Shown here one piece after another: positions 24,446-31,104 of a DNA stretch of 31,104 nt (its first letter is position 1; every line of letters starts with the position of its first letter). This stretch comes from a virus (taxonomy: Duplodnaviria > Caudoviricetes). The notes beneath the pieces were generated by a model, which was not told where the DNA came from, did not search any database, and was given only the letters and a program-made list of their open reading frames with translations. Both the position numbers and the translations under genes were made by a program. The stretch is from the IMG/VR virus record IMGVR_UViG_3300036794_000109, positions 1 through 31,104 of that record, one strand, 5' to 3'.

Positions 24446-25392
24446 CCCATCTCCAGGGTGGCGACGCATTCGCAGTGGGGGTGCGCCTCGGTGGGGTTGT
24501 CCACCTCGCGCCCGTCAGGGAGGGTCCACATCTCATCAAGGCCGACGACGATGCCGTTCATGGGGATGCATAATTGCACGCATGGGTTGCCGTCCACCAC
24601 CCACCTGCGGCCGCTGCCGGCCGGGAGCAGGTCCTGGTCGGACGCCTCGCGCCAGGCGTCGAGTTCCCCCTGGTTGGCGGCGAAACGGGTCTCCGTGCGC
24701 GCTATCATGATGGCCCGGGCGTCCAGCAGCCTGTCCTCGTAGGCGGTGGCGAGCGTCTCCTGCTGGCGGATGCCGGGCGGCTTGCGCTCCCTGCCGGTCT
24801 CGCGGTCGAGCATCGGCTTGGCCAGTCCTGCCCGGTAATTGGAGAGGGCCTGCGCCTGGCGTGCGTTGAGGCCGATGCTGTCCCGGATGTTTTCGGCCAT
24901 CTGCGAGGGGGTCGTCTTGAGTTCCCTGGCGCGGCTCAGCTCACGCTGGACGGCCTCATGCGTGCCGTCCTTGGTCTGGGCCACTATCTGGCCCTTCCGG
25001 TCGGCCACGAAGCTCTGGAGCCGTTTGTCCTCCTTGGCGAACCGCTCGGCCGTGAAGATCATCTTCGCCTGGACCTGCTGGGGCATCGCGTCAACCGCGC
25101 CCTTGGCCGCTTGTCCAGCAGCCTCACTCGCCTTGGCGAACCCGCGGTCGAGGTGCGTGGAGAGCTCCTCGAAGGGGATGGTGCGCATGAGCTTCTCAAG
25201 CCCACCGGTGCGCAGGGCCTTCTCGAGGTCGGCCGGGTCCACCTTGTCCTTGAAGGTCTGCAGCCCGCGCAGCATGTCCACCTTCACCACCGGGGCGAAC
25301 TTGTCCGTGAGCGCCCCCAGGCGGGCATGGCTCTCGCCGGCGCCGCGCTTGCCACGGCGACCCATGAAGGCCTTCTGGACCCAGACTGTCAC
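24442..25392 (-). CDS. Head morphogenesis protein (SPP1 gp7 / MuF-like)
   Basis: IRDSIGLNARQ..AL.NY, RA.MIARTET..A.N.G, RRW....PC..LC..MNG......HPHCEC; follows the portal gene. Confidence 0.85.
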   Translation of the reverse strand: MTVWVQKAFMGRRGKRGAGESHARLGALTDKFAPVVKVDMLRGLQTFKDKVDPADLEKALRTGGLEKLMRTIPFEELSTHLDRGFAKASEAAGQAAKGAVDAMPQQVQAKMIFTAERFAKEDKRLQSFVADRKGQIVAQTKDGTHEAVQRELSRARELKTTPSQMAENIRDSIGLNARQAQALSNYRAGLAKPMLDRETGRERKPPGIRQQETLATAYEDRLLDARAIMIARTETRFAANQGELDAWREASDQDLLPAGSGRRWVVDGNPCVQLCIPMNGIVVGLDEMWTLPDGREVDNPTEAHPHCECVATLEMG

Positions 25393-26864
25393 GCTACCTG
25401 GCCGAATACCTGAGACGCGTTCTGAGCTGCCTCGGCGTCATCCGTGCTGTGGCCCACGCTGGGGGCGGAGCTTTCGTCGTGAAGCTCAGACACGTTCTCA
25501 GGGGTTGTATGTGCCTGCGGCTGCACGTCCTCGGCCCCGGCCAGCGGCACCTCGAGGTCGAGCGGTGCCGGCAGATCGGCCAGCTGGTGGAGGTGCTGCT
25601 CAAGGTCCGGGTTCGGGAAGAGGGGCATACCCGCCGCGGAGAGCTGCTGGATGTATGCCCCGACCTCCTTCAGGTCCTGCTTGGCGATCTTGGCGTGCTC
25701 GAGCTGCGGGTACTCCGAGATCCGGAAGGAGTTCATACGGAACAGTAGCGGCACCAACACGCGGTTGAACGTCTCGGCGATGATGTCCTGGAAGACGTCC
25801 GTGGCGTCGGCGAAGATCTGGGTCTTGTCCGAGTGCATGGCCCAGGAGCCCGTGGCCGCGCCCTGGCCCAGCAGGAGCCAGTCGGCCAGGACGCTCATGG
25901 CGATGCGTTGGTCGTACCGGTTGATGATCTTGTCGGTGTCGAACTGCTTGGATCCACCGGCGTTGAGCAGCTTGAAGTCAAACAGCTGCTTCCCGTTGGC
26001 GTCGAAGGCCATGGGGAAGACGATGCCGGCCTGCTCGTCGTTACGGACGCTGGTGACGATGTCCTTGATCCCGGTGAGCACCTTGAACTCTGGCGTCCCG
26101 GGCTTGGCGTTGAGGATGGTCGGCGGCGCAAAGGCGATGGGCAGGCCGGCCACGTCCCGCTCAGCCCCCACGGCCTCGATGTTCTCGAACGCCCGCTTCA
26201 GGTACCAGGAGCGGTATGCCCCACGCAGGATGCTGCGGCCCTCGGGGTTGTTCTTGTGCTTCGTGGTGCGGAACAGCAGGCATTTCGACATCGGCAGCGT
26301 GGTGATGCGGAAGTGCGGCGGTGCTATCTGTTCGGCGCCCTGGATGCGCCCGCGCTCATCGATGAGCCACCGGTAGATGGTGTCCTGGCTGCGGATTGGG
26401 AGCCCCAGCAGACCCACGCGCCCGTCGCTGTACTTGGAGCTGCGGGCCGGGTCCGAACCGCGGCCGAGGTATCCCATGCGCCGTTTGAACACCATGCCGT
26501 GCAGGCTGAACCCGTATTGCAGCATCGACAGGAACTCGGCCACCGTGTCGGTCCAGGTCTCCTCCATGTCGTGGATGCACGACTCCAGGAAATCGGCCGC
26601 CTCGCGGTCGAAGTCACGCGAGCTCGCGGGCGACACCCTCCAGTCCACCTTCCGGCAGAGCTTGTCGATGGTGTACAGGATGGTGGAGCAAGTGGCGTCG
26701 TTGTCCCCCATCTCCTTGAAGACGTCGAGGCCCTGCTTGCCCGACAGCTCCGGCAGGAACTCCTCGCGGACGAGACCCCCCCACTGCTTGAGTCCAGTCG
26801 CGCCCCAACCGCTGCGCAGGTCTACTTCGACGGTTTCTTCCGGTAGGATTGCGGCCAGGTCCAT
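25389..26864 (-). CDS. Portal protein (DUF935 / Mu gp29-like)
   Basis: EEFLPELSG..G...F.EM...D, L.YGFS, NPEGRSILR.AYRSWY.K, E..G.ERD.AGLP, II.RYD..IA.SVLA..L.LG....GS.A. Confidence 0.9.
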   Translation of the reverse strand: MDLAAILPEETVEVDLRSGWGATGLKQWGGLVREEFLPELSGKQGLDVFKEMGDNDATCSTILYTIDKLCRKVDWRVSPASSRDFDREAADFLESCIHDMEETWTDTVAEFLSMLQYGFSLHGMVFKRRMGYLGRGSDPARSSKYSDGRVGLLGLPIRSQDTIYRWLIDERGRIQGAEQIAPPHFRITTLPMSKCLLFRTTKHKNNPEGRSILRGAYRSWYLKRAFENIEAVGAERDVAGLPIAFAPPTILNAKPGTPEFKVLTGIKDIVTSVRNDEQAGIVFPMAFDANGKQLFDFKLLNAGGSKQFDTDKIINRYDQRIAMSVLADWLLLGQGAATGSWAMHSDKTQIFADATDVFQDIIAETFNRVLVPLLFRMNSFRISEYPQLEHAKIAKQDLKEVGAYIQQLSAAGMPLFPNPDLEQHLHQLADLPAPLDLEVPLAGAEDVQPQAHTTPENVSELHDESSAPSVGHSTDDAEAAQNASQVFGQVA

Positions 26865-26885
26865 TGACGCACCCTAACGCAGAAG

Positions 26886-28499
26886 TCAGTCCGCGAGCCA
26901 CGGGGGCGTCTCATTGAAGGCCGCGCCGTGGACCGGGATGGTGCTCCCGGCGTCCTGGCTCCACTGGCTGGCCTTGCCGATGCCGATGGGGATGCAGTCG
27001 GCCAGGTTCACGCCCGGGCCGTTCCAGTACAGGAGCGCCTGGGAGGTGGCGTCGATCTGGTCGTCGTTCTTTCCGGCCGGGAACACGGCCCACTCCATCA
27101 GGTACTCCCCTATCCAAGGCGCGATGCTCTCATGCGGCAGGAAGACGTTGCCGGCCCGAACCAGCGGGGCGCACGCCTGCGCGCGCACGGCCTTCTCCCC
27201 CCGCGGGGTGATGGGGATGAGCCCGGCGATCTTGCCCTCGAGCCGGTCCATCAGGGCCTCCCCGTTGGCGGCGGCCTCGATGAGCTTGGCGATGGCCAGC
27301 GGGTACCGCACGCACAGGGCGATAAACTCGTCCTCCTGCTGGGTGTACCCCATGCGGTCCCTTACCTGGTCCAGCAGGTAGAAGTGCGACCCCTTCTTGC
27401 CCCACAGCTGGAACACGGCGAAGTCGGACATCTGGCTCTTCTTCTTGGTCTTCCGCTTCTTGAAGGGCAGATCCACGCTGATGAGGATCTCGTCGAACCA
27501 CTCCATCTCCGGACGCACCCGGTAGAACTGCCACCACTTCGTCTTGACGATGTTCCCCTCGGGGGGTGCCGGCCGCTGCTGGTACAGCGCCACCCAGACC
27601 ATGGGATTGAGCCGCTTGGTCCGCTCCAGCCTGTCCAGCGGGAACCGCTCCGGCCACAAGGCCTCACCCGGTTCTCGGGGGTCGTCGGGGTGCTCGTCGG
27701 GCGTCCCCTCCTTGACGGCACGCAGCAACACCACCCGCCAGCGCTTGGCCATCTCGGGGTCGTTCTTGATCCACTGGAGCAAGCGCCCCGCCAGGTCGTC
27801 CTCGTGCCACCGGGTGTGGGTGATGCAGGTCCGGCCGCGCTTGCTCAGGCGGGTCTGCAGGACGGCCGTGAACCATTCCCAGATGCCCTCGCGCTTGACC
27901 TCCGAGAAGGCGTCCTTCCAGTCCTTGAACGGGTCGTCCACCAGGGCGACGTCCCCGCCCGAGCCGGTGAGGCTGCCACCCACGCCGGCGCACAGGTAAT
28001 AGCCCTTGTGGCCCACGACCTCGAAGATCTCCGAGTTGCGCAGCCAGGTGCCGTTGGCCATGGTCCGGATGTTCTTCTCGCTGAGCCGCGTGTTAGGGAA
28101 CAGCTCGCGGTACTCGGGCGAGGTGACGATGCGCTGCACGTCGCGGTTCATCCGCTTGGCCAGCGAGAAGCCATAGCTGGCGCTGATGACCTGGGAGTCG
28201 GGGTCCCGCCCCAGCAGGTAACTCGGCATGCGCCTGGAGACGATTTCGGACTTGCCTACCCGCGGCGGGCACAGGATGAGGACGTTCTCCACGTCACCGT
28301 CGATGAATTGGTTGAGCTCCCGGCACATGATGCGGTTGTGCCAGGTGACCTCGAAGTCGGGTTTGGTGTAGGTGGTGAAGCTCAGCAGCCCCCGGCGCGC
28401 CCTGGCCTGGGCGTCCTCAAGCCGCAACCGGTGCTCGCGCTCGAGCAGCTCTGACCTGTGACCGGCACTTGCCCGGCTAATCGTCGCCGCACTGCTCAC
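26886..28499 (-). CDS. terL: Terminase large subunit
   Basis: Walker A CPPRVGKS, Walker B ALVDDPFK, coupling motif THTRWHEDDLAG, LYQQRP, nuclease ISVD...SD, IE.AANG, FP.GKNDDQIDA.SQAL. Confidence 0.95.
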   Translation of the reverse strand: MSSAATISRASAGHRSELLEREHRLRLEDAQARARRGLLSFTTYTKPDFEVTWHNRIMCRELNQFIDGDVENVLILCPPRVGKSEIVSRRMPSYLLGRDPDSQVISASYGFSLAKRMNRDVQRIVTSPEYRELFPNTRLSEKNIRTMANGTWLRNSEIFEVVGHKGYYLCAGVGGSLTGSGGDVALVDDPFKDWKDAFSEVKREGIWEWFTAVLQTRLSKRGRTCITHTRWHEDDLAGRLLQWIKNDPEMAKRWRVVLLRAVKEGTPDEHPDDPREPGEALWPERFPLDRLERTKRLNPMVWVALYQQRPAPPEGNIVKTKWWQFYRVRPEMEWFDEILISVDLPFKKRKTKKKSQMSDFAVFQLWGKKGSHFYLLDQVRDRMGYTQQEDEFIALCVRYPLAIAKLIEAAANGEALMDRLEGKIAGLIPITPRGEKAVRAQACAPLVRAGNVFLPHESIAPWIGEYLMEWAVFPAGKNDDQIDATSQALLYWNGPGVNLADCIPIGIGKASQWSQDAGSTIPVHGAAFNETPPWLAD

Positions 28500-29034
28500 G
28501 TATGCCGGCCAGCCTTTCTATCTCCGCGACCCGTTCTTCGTCGGTCAGGGACACGGTGCGGATGGGCGGCGCGCTGTCATCTCCGCCGTGCTTGTGGGTC
28601 TTCTCGTCCCGCCACTTCAGGATGTTCTTCATCAGGAAGATGTGCACGGACGGGTTCACCTTGGCCGTCTCGTAGATCTTGGTCACCATCGGCCGCCCCG
28701 TGCTCGGGTCCATGACCGGCCGCCCCTTGCTGTCCAGCACCGGCCGCTCCTCGAGGACGGCGCGGACCTGGCCCATGGCCATCAGGCGGCTGGTGTCGAT
28801 GTAGTATTTCTCGACCTGGGCCTCCGCTATCTTCTTGGACTCCTGAAATGCCGGGTAGCGCTTGGTCCATTCGAACAGGGTGTTCTCCGAGCACGGCGGT
28901 TCGACCACCGCCCCGAAGGACTTGAACGTGTACCCCTGCTTCATGTGGGTGATGAGCTTCTCGCAGAATTCGGGTCTGTACTTGGTCTTGCGGCCGGGTG
29001 TGGCATGGGGCTGTGGTCTGCGCTTTGTCGGCAT
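28477..29034 (-). CDS. terS: Terminase small subunit
   Basis: GRKTKYRPEFCEKL....G......A.....TLFEW.K.YPAF, IFLMKN...WRD; directly upstream of and overlapping terL. Confidence 0.85.
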   Translation of the reverse strand: MPTKRRPQPHATPGRKTKYRPEFCEKLITHMKQGYTFKSFGAVVEPPCSENTLFEWTKRYPAFQESKKIAEAQVEKYYIDTSRLMAMGQVRAVLEERPVLDSKGRPVMDPSTGRPMVTKIYETAKVNPSVHIFLMKNILKWRDEKTHKHGGDDSAPPIRTVSLTDEERVAEIERLAGIREQCGDD

Positions 29035-29076
29035 ACGGCTTGAATCCTAGCTGGGATGGGGCACGCGTGCTACAAA

Positions 29077-29165
29077 GCGGGCTCCCCGCGGGGAAAAAGA
29101 CCGGGCGCGCAGGTACGTTAGGGGACTGCGCGCATGGCTCTGGCGACCCCGCGGGGAGTCACCGC
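29077..29165. repeat. Nested inverted repeats forming an 89-nt rod-like hairpin upstream of terS
   Basis: CTCCCCGCGGGG (29082-93) pairs with CCCCGCGGGGAG (29147-58); GCGCGCAG (29105-12) pairs with CTGCGCGC (29126-33); GCGG/CCGC closes the ends. Confidence 0.75.
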
Positions 29166-29173
29166 ATGCGAAG

Positions 29174-29407
29174 TCAGGCCTTCTCGGCGCCCTCTTCGGC
29201 GGGGGTCGGGACGCCGCCACCGGCCGCGCGAGCAGCCTCTTGGGCCGCCGCCTGGTGGGGTTGCAGCGCGCCCAGCGCGAACTGGATGGCGATGCGCACG
29301 TCGTCCAGCACCTGGAGCACGGTCTTGTTGGTGATGAAGCCCTCGGCCATGCCGATGGCGCTGACGGCGCCCTGCAACGCGATGAGAACGATGGTCAATG
29401 TGTTCAT
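29174..29407 (-). CDS. Small hydrophobic protein (77 aa), possibly holin-like
   Basis: Probable start MNTLTIVLIALQGAVSAIGMAEG at 29407 with a GAGGA RBS; hydrophobic/amphipathic helices and a charged tail. Confidence 0.55.
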   Translation of the reverse strand: MNTLTIVLIALQGAVSAIGMAEGFITNKTVLQVLDDVRIAIQFALGALQPHQAAAQEAARAAGGGVPTPAEEGAEKA

Positions 29408-29474
29408 GTGTGTGATTCCTCGGGCCTGTGGCCCTGTTTGATGGTCAAAGGTTCTACCACGCGCCTGGCAACCC

Positions 29475-29744
29475 TCAATGGAAGGTGCCGGGTTCGTCCT
29501 CAGGCACATCCGACAGCTCGTCCCCCAGCACCGCCCGCAGTTCGGTCAGGGCGTTGATGCACTCGAGCATCATGTCCGCGTTGTAGCGGTCCTGCCCCGG
29601 TGCGCGGCCGCCGCAACGCAGGTTGATGGCCCCCTGGTCGTTGATCCTGGCCACCGCGCCCACGAACACGCACCCCTGCCCCAGCACAATCCCCTCGATT
29701 GCCTCGATGATGCGGTCGAGGACCGGGTCCTCGGCGTCCTGCAT
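29475..29744 (-). CDS. Hypothetical protein (89 aa)
   Basis: TGATG coupling to the glycosyltransferase stop; normal codon usage. Confidence 0.6.
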   Translation of the reverse strand: MQDAEDPVLDRIIEAIEGIVLGQGCVFVGAVARINDQGAINLRCGGRAPGQDRYNADMMLECINALTELRAVLGDELSDVPEDEPGTFH

Positions 29745-30895
29745 CAGGCGGCGCGCACCCTACCCCCCGAGGGCTTGGAGAGGTGCCGACTGCCCGCCTT
29801 GGGGTGCCCTATGGCGGACCATTTGCGCTGGGCCACGCCGAACTCGTTCTCCAGCAGGTACCGCTTCCAGGCCTCGAGCGCGTCCGCGTTGTGCTGCATA
29901 AGGGCCTCCATGCCGCGGCGTCCGGCAGCCGGGTCCAGGATGACCCCCACCAGGTGCCTGGCGATGTCCTGCGGGCTGTCCACGGCCGCCTTCCACTCGT
30001 CCGGAGCCCAGCCAATGGCGTCGGACACGACCGAGGGGATTTGCCGAGATGCGGCGTCAGCGGTGACGATGTTGAAGGATTCCGTGTAGGACACCTGAAC
30101 GCAGGCGTCCATGGTGGCCACGAACCGCCTGAACTCGGGCCACGCGGCCCACGGGGCGTATTTCAGCTCGACCGTGGGCATGTTCTCGGTCATGGCCCGG
30201 ACGCTGTTGAGGATGCGCAGCGCCTCCCCGCCGTCGTTGCGGCCGCTGTTGACGTACAGCTCGAGCTTGGCGCCCAGGCTCTTGGCGGCCATGATGGCCC
30301 CGGCCGCGCCGCACGCGACGTTCTTCTGGGCCCGTGGTGCCCCGAACAGGCCTATCCTGAGCACCCCACCATTGGCCGCCCAGCTGGGCCTGGCGCTGCG
30401 CGGGGTGGTATCGTCGATGTAGTACATGTTGGGCAGGTACGTGCAGGGGGCCTCGTAGACCTCGTTTATGAACTCGCAGTAGGGGGCGGAGTTCCCACTC
30501 ACGTGGAAGTTGTGCTTCCACTGCTCGAGGTCGATCTCCTGCCGGATGAGGCGGATCGCCCCCGGATCGGTCTGCAGGAACCCCACATTGCTGTGGCAGT
30601 TCACCGTGAAGACCACCTCCGGGAAGTTGTCCGCCAGGAAGGCCAGGGCCGGGGTGCTGATCCAGGGGGCCGAGCTGACCATGTGGGTGATGCCCTGGTC
30701 GCTGTCCAGGGGCACCCTGAGGTCCTTCTCCAGGGCTATGGGCTTCACCAGGGCGTCGATGCCGTTCTGGCGCAGGACCTTCATGTTGTTATTTGAGCTG
30801 ATTCCAAGGCCTACGTGGGAGATGCCGGGGAAGCCGGCGAAACTGCGGTAGCAGAACAGCACACGCACGCGCGAAAGGTCTGACACCACGTACAA
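29744..30895 (-). CDS. GT-B fold glycosyltransferase (GT4-like)
   Basis: LRIGLFGAPRAQKN (G..R..KN), MDACVQVSYTESFNIVTADAASRQIPSVVSD (E-x7-E/D donor-binding motif). Confidence 0.8.
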   Translation of the reverse strand: MYVVSDLSRVRVLFCYRSFAGFPGISHVGLGISSNNNMKVLRQNGIDALVKPIALEKDLRVPLDSDQGITHMVSSAPWISTPALAFLADNFPEVVFTVNCHSNVGFLQTDPGAIRLIRQEIDLEQWKHNFHVSGNSAPYCEFINEVYEAPCTYLPNMYYIDDTTPRSARPSWAANGGVLRIGLFGAPRAQKNVACGAAGAIMAAKSLGAKLELYVNSGRNDGGEALRILNSVRAMTENMPTVELKYAPWAAWPEFRRFVATMDACVQVSYTESFNIVTADAASRQIPSVVSDAIGWAPDEWKAAVDSPQDIARHLVGVILDPAAGRRGMEALMQHNADALEAWKRYLLENEFGVAQRKWSAIGHPKAGSRHLSKPSGGRVRAA

Positions 30896-31004
30896 CCACC
30901 CCTTGGGTGGCCCTTTGTGAGTGCTGCGGGGCCGCGCCGCGCTATGTCATATCGACAGGTCAGGGATCATGGCAAGGGGCGCGATCCCTGGTATCCTTGG
31001 CTGC

Positions 31005-31104
31005 ATGTTCGATCCACGCGAAGCCGACCGCATCTCCGAGATGCTCGACCTCAGCCCTGAGGCCCTCGCCCTGGGCCTGGACTGCAGCCCGACGCAGGCG
31101 CGCT
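31005..31104 (+). CDS. Partial gene, possibly an HTH regulator, divergent from the morphogenesis region
   Basis: MFDPREADRISEMLDLSPEALALGLDCSPTQAR... is open to the window end; preceded by TGgTATCCT-7nt-ATG. Confidence 0.45.
   Translation, partial: MFDPREADRISEMLDLSPEALALGLDCSPTQAR

Noticed and set aside
24442-25392. MuF polymorphic toxin
   Set aside because: The protein ends a few residues after the HPHCEC motif, with no C-terminal toxin extension or immunity gene.
26886-28499. Intein or intron in terL
   Set aside because: Normal length, continuous motifs, and no intein splice or homing endonuclease signatures.
29077-29165. tRNA or SRP (4.5S) RNA
   Set aside because: No cloverleaf or TTC T-loop; the apical loop lacks the SRP GNRA tetraloop and conserved flanking motif.

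Overview
High-GC tailed-phage (or prophage) DNA carrying a nearly complete myovirus-type virion morphogenesis region on the minus strand. Read from right to left, it encodes: GT-B glycosyltransferase, two small genes, terminase small and large subunits, portal, SPP1-gp7/MuF-like protein, a multidomain XkdF-type prohead protease, scaffold, capsid cement protein, major capsid protein, a C2H2 zinc-finger protein, head-tail adaptor, a papain-family protease, neck genes, sheath, tube, tail assembly chaperone with a -1 frameshift, a short tape measure, baseplate genes and tail fibre. The left end is an accessory region with a collagen-like lipoprotein/RHH cassette, a small plus-strand operon led by a probable Acb2/Tad1-like immune-signal sponge, and a truncated beta-helix protein. 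The most unusual points are: (1) enzyme cargo in and around the head module (SAM-methyltransferase domain inside the prohead protease, papain protease between the head-tail genes, glycosyltransferase upstream of terminase); (2) a protease fold apparently split across two genes; (3) an 880-aa baseplate J with nested repeat insertions; (4) CAG-rich spacers in front of the capsid genes; (5) many leaderless-type promoters inside the structural operon; (6) two long non-coding hairpins. All family assignments come from motif recognition and gene order; no database search was run.
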